A stretch of DNA of 64,000 nucleotides from Callorhinchus milii. Its lineage: Eukaryota. The stretch lies in contig NW_024704742.1 in assembly GCF_018977255.1 (NCBI RefSeq), positions 129,830,001 to 129,894,000 of the forward strand, written 5' to 3'. The position numbers were made by a program, and so were the translations under genes. The notes beneath the pieces are model-generated. The model was not told where the DNA came from, made no database searches, and was given only the letters and a program-made list of their open reading frames with translations. This document shows positions 36,758-49,358 of the stretch, in pieces (the stretch's first letter is position 1; every line of letters begins with the position of its first letter).

Positions 36758-39049
36758 AAACAACCGCAGCTTAGTTCCCCATCAAAACTATTTTGAAATG
36801 AATCACATGGTGGAAACTAAAAACAGGAAAGGATTTCTATTTTAGTTTTTCACAGCCTTAATTCTTCCTTTTTAACTTAACCCAGAGGCTGTTACTCCTC
36901 AGCAAATACTGTACATATTCATCTCACTAAGTTTGGGATTCAGATGCCTGAAATTATGATAAATTGAATTTATAATAATAATAATCCTTGCATTTGGTAT
37001 AGTGCCTTATCACATCTTCGAGCGGTCTCAAAGCGCTTCATAGAATATACTGGAAAGTGAATTGACTTTAAATTTTGTGGGTGAAATTTGAGAATTTTCC
37101 ACAATTCTGCCCAAATCTCAAGTATTGAAACAAATGGTCAGATAATGGTCTAAGTCTCCAAAAAAAGGTCCCTTCCCCCACCCCAATGAGTTTGCATAGT
37201 CGAACCTCGATGTAATGAAATACTCTATAAACTTCAAAACTCTAGAAGTTTTTCTGAACCTCTCCTTTTATAATAATAATCCTTGCATTTGATATAGTGC
37301 CCTATCACGTAGTCGAGACGTCTCAAAGTGCTTCACAGAATATACGGTAAAGTGAAATGATTGTAAATTTTGTGAGCAAAACACAGCAGTCGATTACACT
37401 CAGCAGTGTCCCACAAAAAGGCCTGGATTGAGTGACCAACTTATTATTTTTTTGGAAGGAATTATTACCCCCAGGAAAGTGATCCGCCAATTGACTAACA
37501 ACCAACAACAACAACAACAAGATTCCATTTATAGAGCGCTTTTCACGTCGGGAGGACGTCCCAAGGTACTGTACAGTTGGGTCAGGACCCGAGCAGGGGG
37601 GAAATGGTCAGGGTGAGGGAAGGGAAGGGAGGGAGCGAGGAGGGGGTAGAGAGTCGAGAGGGGAGCTGAAGGCACGGTCAAAGAGAAAGGTCTTGAGACC
37701 GGCCTTGAAGGAGGAAAGGGAGGAGGCAGCGAAGGCACTGAGGGATGGAGTTCCAGAGCCTCGGGGCTGAGAGGCTGAAGGCCCGGCCATCGATGGTAGG
37801 GCGGTTGGGGCGGGGGATGTGGAGCAGACCGGAGCCAGAGGAACGGAGGGTACGGGCAGGTAAGTAGGGGATAGTAGGTCGGAGAGGTAGGAGGGAGCAA
37901 GGCCATGAATGGCCTTGTAGGTGAGGATGAGGATCTTGAATTCGATCCTCTGGGGGATGGGGAGTCAGTGGAGGCGAGCGAGGGTGGGAGTGATGTGGTC
38001 GTGAAGTCTGGTGCGGGACAGTACACGAGCTGCAGAGTTCTGAATGACCTGCAGCTTGTGGAGGGAGGTGCCGGGAAGGCCGACGAGGAGAGAGTTCCCA
38101 TAGTCCAGCCTTGAGGTGATAAAGGCGTGGACCAGAGTTTCAGCAGCGTGAGGGGTGAGGTAGTGCCGTAGTCTGGTGATATTCCGGAGGTGATGGAAGG
38201 CGGTGCCAGTTGTGGCGCGGATATGAGGGAGAAAGGACAACTCAGGGTCGAACAAGTTCCTACTTACTTCCAGGTAAACAGAGAGTACAGAAACCTGCCC
38301 ACCATTTCATCCTTGACTGTGTATTTTGTGGGCGAAATGCAGTAGCCAATTGCGCACAGTAATGCCCCAGAAACAGAGTAACCAAACTTGTATGTAACAC
38401 ATCATTTTACTTGCCAGATTTGAAGCTTAATCTTCTTCCCATCCAATTCAATGCCTTCGAGTTTAAAATCAACACCTGCAAAAAATGAAAGCTAAAATGA
38501 AGAAAGGTAAGCTCTGTGATGCAGTTGCTTGCTGTGCCGAGTTTTTATGTCCTTATTTTCTGCTCTTGAATGTTAAGGCAATTAAAGATATCTCAGTGGT
38601 GACACTGCCTTCATAATTACATTATAGTACCGTATACAATGAATGTATTTGCTGAGCTGGGGAGTTCATTGAATTTTACCTTATATAACAACAACTTGCA
38701 TTTATATAGTGCCCTTCACATGGGGTAGGGTCCGGGAATGCTTCACAGTGACAGAGTCTGACAACGAGCCAGGAGGAGAGGGAGGTGACCATAAGCACGA
38801 TCAAAAAGGAACGTCTTCAGGCAGAATTTGAAAGTGGAGAGGGAGGATGCAGGGCGGAGGGATTGAGGGAAAGAGTTCCAGAGTTTCAGGGCAAAGTGGC
38901 TGAAGGCACGGCCACCGATGGTGGAATGGAGGGCACGAGGGAAGAATAGGAGGCCGGAACCAGCTGAGCAGAGGCAGCGGATGGTGGAGTGGAGGGTAAG
39001 CCGGTTGGATAAGTAGGGAGGTGCGAGGGAATGAAGGGATTTGAAAACA
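36758..39049 (+). repeat. segmental duplication copy B (with an extra L2 insertion)
   Basis: Starts aaacaaccgcagcttagttcccc like position 1; homology ends at gatttgaaaaca. Confidence 0.92.
37505..38255 (-). mobile_element. young L2 LINE 3' fragment inserted in a SINE
   Basis: [31 protein letters not shown]; CpG-rich; (aac)n tail; absent from duplication copy A. Confidence 0.93.
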
Positions 39050-40039
39050 AGTGAGAGGATCTTGAAATCGATCCGTTCAGTGATTAGGAGCCAGTGGAGC
39101 CTGGCAAAGACTGGTATGATGGAGGTATGAGTTTCATGCAGATGAGTATCCGGAATTAATTAATTAATTAATTGGAATTAATTAATGTATGGTGGAGCTG
39201 GGGAGACCAGCGAGGTGGGCATTGGAATAGTCCAGCTGGGTACAGCCAAGATAATAGCATGTGATGATTCAATGTTAAAGCTGTAATGATCCTATTTTCA
39301 CTATTTATAAACACTTGTGAACAGTAACGACCTGCATTTTTATATTGTTGTGTCACATCAAATACTTTCAAAACGCAATACATCAATAACTTGTCAAGTT
39401 TTGTGGCTGCTTTTATTCACAGAATGTTTTAGAAGAAAGAACTTTGAGCAATGATGACTAGACAAAATAGTGCACTTCAACTTTGAAAAGAGATGACTCA
39501 GACAGAATGTTACATAGAGTTTTGCAAGATTTTAAATGGGATTAGGAAAGTAAATCCAGAACAGTACTTTGAGATATGTCAAAGCAGCAGAACAAGCTGG
39601 CACAGGTTTGCAAAGGGCAATTTCAGGACAGGCAGTAGGAAACATCTCAACGATGTGATAAGGCTCTATATCAAATGTAAGAATTATTATTATTATTACA
39701 TTTAACAAGTAGAACAGGTTACCAGAAAGAATGATTGAGGCTAGGATGCTGGACTTACTTAAAATAAGCTTTATGTTTTAATGGGTGAAAGATAATGGAG
39801 AAGGATCTAGACGCAGGAGATTAAATAGGTCAAAGGACTTTCTTGATCTCAACCCTTGCTTTGTGTACATCATCCTTTTCGTAAATGTTGATTAGTTGAC
39901 AAACAGGAAAACCACAGCATTGACGAGGCTTATGAGCTCACTAAAGAAAGTGACAGGACGATTGAGGAAACAGCAAAACAGAGCCTTACACACATCCGAC
40001 CTACACATTCTGGTTTCTTATCTACCACACATTCGCCTG

Positions 40040-40445
40040 CAACAATAACAAATTACATTTGGATAGCGCCTTTCATGTCAGGAAGACATACCAAGGCATT
40101 GGACAGTCAGGGATCCGCACCCAAGCTGGTGGTTGAAGATGAGAACGAGGATTTTGAACTCTATCCTCAGGGATGGGGAGCCAGTGGAGCCGAGTGAGGG
40201 TGGGAATGATAGGGTCACTGAGCCTGGTGCAGGAGAGGACATGAGCTGCAGAGTTCTGGATGATCTGCAGCTTGTGGAAGGAAGAGTTAGGAATCCCGAC
40301 AAGCAGGGAGTTGGCATAGTTGAACCTGGATATGATGAATGCATGAATAAGGGTTTCAGTGGTGGAGGGTGAGGCAGTGGTGGAGTTGGGTGATGTTGAG
40401 GAGGTGGGTAATGCAGAGCGAGCGGGTCATGGCATGGATGTGGGC
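40040..40445 (-). mobile_element. L2 LINE fragment
   Basis: HAFIISRFNYANS..LHWLP..RIEFKIL-type sequence with tail. Confidence 0.8.
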
Positions 40446-42892
40446 GAAAACCATAGCTGTTACATGGTTGATGAACTCACCAAAGAAAGCAAAAGGAAGA
40501 TTGAGGAAACAGCAAAACAGGACATTACACCCAACCGACCTACATATTCTGTTTTTTTATCTACCACACATTCGTTTGAAGAAATACAGATACTTCACTT
40601 TACATTAAATCCTGTGAAGCTCTTTAAAACATCCTCCCAACATGAAAGGCAGCATATCAAATTCAAGGATTTCTTTACAGTTATTACCTACCAATGGCTG
40701 AATTATTCATTTGATCTTGACCTGCAAAATGGGACATCAAGTCAATCTTTCCAACTCCTTGAGAGCCGATCAAGATAATCTTGAATGTATAATCCCATTC
40801 CTTCTTCGCCATTGTCTAAAAGCTCGTCCCAGCACAGGCTGCTCACACCAGAACTGCAATACTGTGGGGAAATCTGTTGTCAAGATTTGTGTAATGTTTC
40901 CTGTTCTACTGAACCTTATTGGCAGGAATCCTGACGTGGCTGTTCTCACACACCCAGTTTTAACTTATTTCTGTGCTCAGCTCTCTATCAAAAGATATCG
41001 GTTAGGTTTCTGCTAATAGTATTGTGTTGGGTTTTAGGCTTCCTATTGTAGAAAGGACATCACAGTCATAATAACAGCAGGCCTTGCAGTTGGTATAGCA
41101 CCTAATCATGTTGTCGAGATGTCTCAAAGTGCTCACAGGATTTACTGTAAACTGTAGTCACTGTGTATTTTGTAAGGGAATAGCAATGTCCCACAAACAG
41201 CCACGATGTAAATTTTAACTGGGGGATTCCTAGCCAGGACACTGGGAGAAACTCCCTTCTCTTTTCAAATAGAGCCATGGGATACTTAACATCCCACTGA
41301 ACAGACAGGTGGGACATTGAGTTACATTTCATCTGAAGGACGGCACCTCTGTCAAAGCAGCACTTTGCCAGCACTGCACTGGATGCCACCTTGCCTGTGA
41401 GTCTGTGAGTTCAAAGTCCTCATGTGGGGCTTGAACCCACAAATGTTTGACTTCGAGGCAACAGTACTAGTAACTGCAATGGTTGTCATGGAGCAGGTAT
41501 AGTAGCAATTCACTTGGATGATAATAATAATCCTTACATTTGATATAGCGCCTTATCACGTCATCAAGCACTTCACAGGATTTACTATGTGAAGTGCAGT
41601 GACTGTGTATTGGACAGCAAGGATAATTATGTGGAAAGAGTTGAAAGGAGAGGCCTGTTTTTGTTGCAACAGAGAAGGTGAATTCAATAAAATGTTTTCC
41701 AAATTATGAACAGTTCTGATAGAGAAAGATAATGTCTGTTGAGCTATGGTAATTTGGTCTTGTTTGTTTCTTAGGTCACACCACCCTCTTGTGGCACATA
41801 TTGTAATGCAGTTTTACAAGGAAAATAATAAAGATAATTGTTGCATTTTGGGAGGACATCTCATAGCTCTTTGCATGTTTTAACTTATTTCTGTAATCGG
41901 CTTTCTGTGTAAAAGCCATTGGGAAAATGTAGTGATGTAGGCAAACGCAGTGACGCAATTTTATCTGCAGGAGAAACTCTTTTCTCTTTTCAAACAATGC
42001 ATGGGATCTTTAACGTCCAACTGCTATCCAGTAGCGCTAGTTTCTCCTGATATCCTTCTCAGCAATCCTCAAGATAAATTGGAAACTCTCCTACGCGATG
42101 GATGCTATATAAATGTAAGCTGTTGTTGTCGTTCATCACAAACGACTGCTGCCTTTGCCTACAAACGTACAGCTACTATGCAAGTTACCAATGAAGCGCT
42201 TTGACATGTGTTGGAGGCACTGTATTCAATGGAAAGATAATTGTTACTAGTTTAAGCTTACGCCAAACGCTGCTGAAATCCCCGTGCGTTCGGCCCCTCC
42301 TGCCTCAATTTGCCCAATGCACTTCTCATCGATCTCCCCAGCTTCGCTGTAAATAAGGTGCAGAACTCTTGCTGCCCACATACTGACCCGGACCAAACTC
42401 CGTCCCCACATCTCAGCTGCTGAACTTGCCAACAAATACACAGCCTGCAAATACCCTTTACAAAGAAATCTACAAAAACCTTTGAGACATATCAACATTA
42501 TATGTGCTGTGTCAAATGTAGGGATTATTTATTATCCATCAAATTAGCAGCAGTGAGACAGAGTTTATGGAAACAGCAGGGTCATCTCATTCAGACAGTG
42601 TGTTGACGTATTGCTTGCACAGTGCAGAGAAATGAAGCAGCCGTTTCCACTTGGCAAGGAGAGTCAGCGCTCGAGAAAACACGGGCCAACAATGTTGAGA
42701 AAGTTAATAAATGAGCCAAAGAATTGTAAGAAATGAACCTTTGAGCTGAAAGGGGTTGAAAGAGTTGCAGTGTAGCACAATTGGAAAGTCACATCAACTT
42801 CATAGGCCAGCAGGAGCCAAAGAAACAAGGAAAGCTGCCTCACTGCCCGGGAATGGGTGAGCGGGTGGAGAGGGTTGGACGTTTTTGCTCTG

Positions 42893-43370
42893 CCCACGGC
42901 ACAGAGTCAGCGTTTGTCAAAGTCACGAACGACATTCTCTCTATCTGTGACTAGGGATCCCTCTGCCTCCTCGTCCTCCTGGATCTCTCTGCCGCGTTCG
43001 ACACATTGGACCACGCCATCCTCCTCGCTCGGCTCTCCTCCCTCATCTACTTTAATGGTACCGTACTCTGATGGTTCGAGTCCTGCTTAACAAACAACCT
43101 CCATTTCATCTCAGCAAATGGTTTCTCCTCCCATTCCCACCCGGTCACCTGCAGGATACCCCAGGGCTCCAACCTTGGCCCTTTTCTTTTCCGTATCTAT
43201 ATGATCCCTCTGGGTGATGTCATCCGCAGACACGGGGTAAACTTCCACATGTATGTGGATGACACACAAATCTACTTTGCCTCCTCCAGTACCAACTCCA
43301 GGTCCACCGATGTGCTATCAGCTTGTCTGTAAACTTCCTGCAGCTGAATATGGACAAGATGGAAGCCATC
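42893..43370 (+). mobile_element. L2 LINE RT fragment
   Basis: ctcctggatctctctgccgcgttcgacaca (LLDLSAAFDT); PQGS.LGP; YVDDTQIY. Confidence 0.85.
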
Positions 43371-44849
43371 TCCAACCGCACAGCAGTGTCCCGCAAACAG
43401 TCATGAATTGAGCGACCAAATAAATTTTATTTTGAAGGAATTATTACCCCTGGAAAAGCAATCCGCCAATCAACTAACAAACCCAGGTCCTCTCACTTGC
43501 GAGGCGAGTGCTCTAACCACTAAGCTACAGGACCTGGGGTGGAGGGATCAGGGGACATACAGTAGGCCTGTATTTACAATAATAATGCTTGCATTTCAAA
43601 CTACACCTTCCACATTGAGAGAACATCGCAAAGCACTTTGCAGCATTTACTGTTAGGTGTGTGTCAGCCTGGCTCAATTGGTAGACTTTTGTCTCTGAGT
43701 CAGAAGGTTGGAACTCAAGCCCCACTTGGGACTTGGAATTCATATAGTTTAGGCTGACACCTAATCTTGAGGTCTGAAATTTCACCTGCTCTTAGGCTCG
43801 AGACCATGGTTTTAAAATTTAACATCGCACAAAATGTTAGACAATTCTTTAAATTTAGTTTTTAAATTCTGTTTGACCACATTTCTTGTTAATTAATAAT
43901 GGGAGTAAGCTGTCAGGAGATGGGGCCACATGATACACAGAGGAAAGTCCACCTGACAAAAAAAAAAATCATTCTTGTTCTTCTGTACAGATCAATAATA
44001 GATCTGTTCCTGTTAACAAATGCCTGGCTACATGGTGATGAGTATGAGATTTTGGATTGGTTTGGTAACATGTACTTACCTTTAAAAATGGACTTCACTG
44101 GAGATCTCTCATCTCATGAGCATCACAGTCACTGGGGGCAAGGATTCATCCTAATCAGTTCCTGTTAACCCTGCAAGTCAAAGCCCTAATGGGTAAGATG
44201 ATCCTAGCTGGACAGGAATCTTGCCAGAAGTGCTCTAAATGACAAACAATGCGATTTTAACTGTTTAAACTCCAACAGTTCCTCCCAACGTGTACTTTGT
44301 GGTCCCCAAGTCTTGGCTTATACCAACCTGTGCTTTATATTCTCCACAATTAGATAAGCAGCATGCATTCCATTCCAGTCACAGGGAAATTTCCAAGTGG
44401 CAGTGGCATACAAAGGTCCAAGTCTGATTTGGTTACATGGTGAGGAGGTTCCACATGTGTCAGACGTCTGGCTAAACAAAAAGAAAACGAGCATTGCAGA
44501 TTTCCTCACTTCCTAAACCACAGTGTCACTCTTACCACAATCCAAACTCCTCCGCAGATCAGCTTCCAGGGCTGATATGTGAGAATATTGGGGCAAGCTA
44601 TCATATCTTACACCTCGGGGCAAACAAAAGCCAATTTGGATAAACAAAGCGATGAGAGTCAAGACCGGCAACAAGTTTGGATAAGATACAACATGAGTTC
44701 ACACGGCCAGAGAATCTGCTTAATATCAAATCATTCCAAAGCAATGGATGTTTACTTTAGATGCAAAGCCAACCGAGGAGAGGAAAACAAACGTGTAGCG
44801 TGCGAAAGAATTGACAGGAGCTGGCCCGATGGCCTGAAAACTGGAGATT

Positions 44850-46310
44850 AGGCAGTGAGCGTGGGAGAGATGGAGAACATGCAATGAGTGTGTCAGAGGT
44901 GGAGAACCAGTGGTAAGTGTGTTAGAGAGGTAAAGAAGAAGTGGTAACAACAACAACAACAACAAAATTACATTTATAGAGCGCCTTTCACGTCGGGAGG
45001 ATGTCCCAAAGCGCTGAACAGTCAGGTATCGGGGCCCGAGCATGGGGGAGGGGTGGAGTAGGGGTGAGGGAAGGCAGAGAGGTGGGAGGGAGACCAAAGG
45101 CACGGTCGAAGAGAAGGGTCTTGAGAACGGCCTTGAAGGAGGCAAGGGCGGAAGCGAGGTGAAGGGATCGTGGGATGGAGTTCCAGAGTGTGGGGGTAGA
45201 GAGGCTGAAAGCCTGGCCACCGATGGTAGGGCGGGTCGGGCGGAGACATAGAGCAGGCTGGAGCCCGATGAACGGAAGGAGCGGGCAGGTTGGTAGGGAG
45301 TCAGCAGATCAGAGAGGTAGGAGGAGGCAAGGCCATGGATGCCCTTAAAGGTGAGGACGAGGATCTTGAACTCGATCCTCTGGGGGATGGGGAGCCAGTG
45401 GAGTCGGGCGAGGGTGGTAGTGATGGGGTCGCGGAGCCTGGTGCATGAGAGTACACGAGCTGCAGAATTTTGGATGATCTGCAGCTTGTGAATGGAAGAG
45501 TTGGGAAGGCCGATGAGGAGGGAGTTCCCGTTATCAAGCCTTGAGGTGACGAATGCGTGGGTGAGGGTTTCGGCAGCCTGAGGGGTGAGGCAGTGGCGGA
45601 GTCTGGCAATGTTGCGGAGGTGGCGGTAGGCAGTGCCAGTCATGTCGCGGATGTGGGGGAGAAAGGATAGTTCAGGGTCAAACAAGACACCCAGGTTCCT
45701 GACTGGCTTAGTGAGGTTGAGTGTGCAGCCGTGGAGGCTGATGCTGCCAGCGCCTGAGGTGCGGAGGCGCTGGCGCGAGTCAATCAGGAGGGCCTCAGTC
45801 TTGCTGATGTTGAGTTGGAGAAAGTTGGCCCTATTCCAGGACTTGATGTCGGACAGGCAGTCGGTCAGGATGCCAGTAGTCCTGAGTTCTGGGTGGAGGC
45901 AGAGAGGTAGAGTTGGGTGTCATCCGCGTACATGTGGAAATTTACCCCATGTCTGCGGATGACATCACCAAGGGGGAGCATGTAGCGGGTGAAGAGGAGG
46001 GGACCGAGGACAGAGCCCTGAGGAACACAGCACGAGACAGTGCGGGGACTGGAGGAGAAGCCGTTTGTCACGACAAAGTGGAGGCGGTGTGAAAGGTAGG
46101 ATCTGAACCAGTCAAGGACAGAACCTTGAAGGTTGAGGTGGGAGGAGAGGCGGTGGAGGAGGATTGAGTGATCAGAGAGGTGGAGAACAGATGGTAAGTG
46201 TGTCAGAGAGGTAGACAACAGATGGTAAGTGCATCAGAGAGGTGGAAAACATGCAATAAGTGTGGGAGAGATGGAGAATGGAGAACAGGCAGTAAATGTG
46301 ATGGGAAGAT
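44850..46310. repeat. degenerate ~31-bp minisatellite interrupted by the L2 at 44946-46172
   Basis: Units like tgtcagagaggtggagaacagatggtaagtg at 44850-44946 and 46172-46310. Confidence 0.7.
44946..46172 (-). mobile_element. L2 LINE 3' 1.2 kb
   Basis: [50 protein letters not shown]; (aac)n tail. Confidence 0.95.
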
Positions 46311-46971
46311 GGAATATTTACCCTTGTATTTTTCTTATTTAAAAGGAATCCAATAGATCTTGAAAAAAGAGAAAGTCCTTGCATTTGATATAGCAGCTTA
46401 TCACGTTGTCCAGATGTTTCAAAGTGCTTCACAGGATTTTACTGTGAATTGTAGGGATCGTGTATTCATAGGAAAAAGCAGCAGCCACTGGATTATCCCA
46501 CAAATAGCCATGAAGTCAATGATCAATGTTATCTGGGGGGTTGTTGGCCAGGACAAATCCCCTTCTCTTTTCGAGGAGTGCCATGAGGTCTTTAACTTCC
46601 ACCTGAACTGGGAGGCTTTGATTTAGTGACTCAATCTACCTCCAACAATGCACTGCACCCTATGGCATTGCATTGCAGTGTCAATTAATGGATTATGTCT
46701 CGGAACTCGTTTTGAAATCTGGCGAGAATACATTTTGATGTGCATATCTCATAGACAAGGCCAAGTGTAACATTAAAGACAAAACATTCTCCTCCTTGGG
46801 CTTCTTGCTCCACTTTGGAAAACTCCTCACTGATATTTCACTCAGACAATTAACAATTTCGATCAGATTAACAACTGAAGCAAATTTAGCCACAACCAAA
46901 TTATCTTTGTGCCAGTGTCAGTATAAAAATAAGGCTAGGTATCTGTGTGGAAGTGCACACGAACTGGATAA

Positions 46972-47366
46972 TATAATAATAATAATAATAATAATCCTTG
47001 CATTTGATATAGCACCTTACCACATCATCAAGACATCTCAGGGGCGCTTCACGGAATATACTGTAAAATGTATTGACTGTATATTTTGTGGACGAAATGT
47101 GGCAGCCAATTGTGGCAAGCAGTGTCTCACACTTGTGGATTGAGTGACCAAATTATTAATTATTATTATTTTTTGAAACATGTGACGGGATTATTACCCC
47201 CGGAAAGCGATCAGCCAATCGGCTAACAACTGGATTTCCACTTACTGCTAGGTAAACAGTGACATGTGGAGAAAGACTTGCCTAAGGATCCCCCCTGCCC
47301 GGGAATCAAACTTGGTTGTCTCACTTGCGATGTGAGTGCTCTAACCAATATGCTACAGGACTCCAC
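46972..47366 (-). mobile_element. tRNA-derived SINE (longer subfamily)
   Basis: Runs from (taa)n tail to ggactccac head in reverse. Confidence 0.8.
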
Positions 47367-47647
47367 TGATATGTTCTATTATTTGTGGATAGCATCAAGA
47401 GGAAAACCTTGTTGCGGAACTTTTATTTGGGTTTGATCTAACTTGTAGACACAGCATTCCAATTGGTGATCTGTATTTTGCTAAACAATTTCACAACATT
47501 TGGTTAATTTCACTGCAGCTGTTACAAAAGAAAGATTACACCCAGATGTTTATTTTACTTTCTGGGGGCAAAGATAAACTCAACCAGGGTCAGAATTCTA
47601 CAAGACCCTGTTTTCTCTCTCATATGTTCCTCTTGTTACAGTCCTGT

Positions 47648-47680
<33 letters not shown>
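47648..47680. repeat. (CT)n microsatellite
   Basis: Direct reading. Confidence 0.85.
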
Positions 47681-47683
<3 letters not shown>

Positions 47684-47849
47684 TCAGTTTTCTCATGGAA
47701 TCTCTCCCTCACATTCTCACCGTTCAATCAATGTAGTCCATCTCTCCTGCTGTTTCTTTAACCCTCTGACTTTCCATGAGTCTAAGAGTCCGATGCAAAG
47801 AATAATTGTCTAAGCTACTCAATAAAGCATGCTTGCAATTTAATTTGCC

Positions 47850-48078
47850 TTGCTTCCTCCCTTTCCTTCTTCAAGGACAGTCTCAAGACCTTTCTCTTTG
47901 ACCGTGCCTTCAGCTCCCCTCTCGACTCTCTACCCCCTCCTCGCTCCCTCCCTTCCCTCCCCTCACCCTGACCATTTCCCCCCTACTCAGGTCCTGACCC
48001 AACTGTACAGCGCCTTGGGACGTCCTCCCGACGTGAAAGGCGCTCTATAAATGGAATCTTGTTGTTGTTGTTGTTGTT
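47850..48078 (+). mobile_element. L2 LINE 3' end
   Basis: FK..LKTFLFDRAF, stem-loop and (gtt)n tail. Confidence 0.88.
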
Positions 48079-48717
48079 AATCTGAAAAAATAAAATAATA
48101 AAAATTTAGTCACTTAATCCACGACTGTTTGCTCTCCCCTAATCCCCCCGGCCCTCAGCTCAGGCTCCAGTCGGGTCTGTGAAGCACTTTGAGACGTCCT
48201 CCTGACATACGAGGTGCTATATAAATGTAAAATAGTTGTTCAGAATGGCGTCAGGGTCCCCGATACGCCTATTGACACTCACTTTGTAGCTCACAGATGA
48301 AGAAGAGAGAGAGATCCTGCAGTATTGTCAGCTCACGTGTAACAATACCACAGCAACAATCCTAGAAAGATGAAGGGCGAGAAGATTGGCAGAACGGAAA
48401 GGAAAGTCGTCTAAATTGGAGTCTGCACTCAGTGTAACCGAGGAAGGAATGAAACGCATCTGGAGCAACTCAAAGCTAAAACGTTCACCAAATGGAACAC
48501 ACATGTCCTTCGAAACATCCGCTCAAACGCAGTTTAACTTCCCAAAAAATAGGCAGTATCACGCTCTGGACACAGCTTGGAATCAGTAACAAGTAATGCC
48601 TCGATTGGCGTCCAAAATATGGACTGGGCTCTTAGCCCATGGGTTATTAGCACAATATGCATTTTCAAGCCCAGTATATCATGCTGATAAGTCATGTGAT
48701 TTCCTAATTTCAGAAGG

Positions 48718-49358
48718 AACAACAACAACAACAAAATTACATTTATAGAGCGCCTTTCAAGTCGGGACATGACCCACCCTACCATTGATGGCCGGGCTTT
48801 CAGCCTCTCTGCCCCCACATTCTGGAACTTTATCACGTCCAAGGTGCTGGACAGTCAGGGGTCAGGACCCAAGCATGGGGGAGAGTTGGGGTAGGGGTGA
48901 AGGAAGGCAGAGAGGTGGGAGGGCGACCGAAGGCACGATTGAAGAGGAGCGTCTTGAGACCGGCCTTAAAGGAGGCAGCCAGGCGAAGGGACCGTGGGAT
49001 GAAGTTCCAGAGTGTGGGGGCAGAGAGGCTGAAAGCCCGGCCATCAATGGTACGGCAGGTCGAGCGGGAGACATGGAGCAGGCCGGAGCCCGCTGAATGA
49101 AGGGAGTGGGAAGGTTGGTAGGTCAGAGAGGTAGGAGGGGGCAAGGCCATGGATGGCCTTGAAAGTGAGGACGAGGATCTTGAATTTGATCCTCTGGGGG
49201 ATGGGGAGCCAGTGGAGTTGGGTGAGGGTGGGAGTGATGGGGTCACGGAGTCTGGTGCACGAGAGTACACGAGCTGCAGAGTTTTGGATGATCTGCAGCT
49301 TGTGAAGGGAAGAGTTGGGAAGGCCGATGAGGAGGGAGTTTCCATAATCGAGCCTTGA
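48718..49358 (-). mobile_element. L2 LINE 3' fragment with internal inverted duplication
   Basis: SAPTLWNFIP..FKAGLKT; tail at 48718. Confidence 0.88.

Noticed and set aside
44079..44172. Minus-strand acceptor/donor pair (..tttaaag|gtaagt) considered as APH1 exon 1
   Set aside because: Stops in all three frames and no APH1 similarity.
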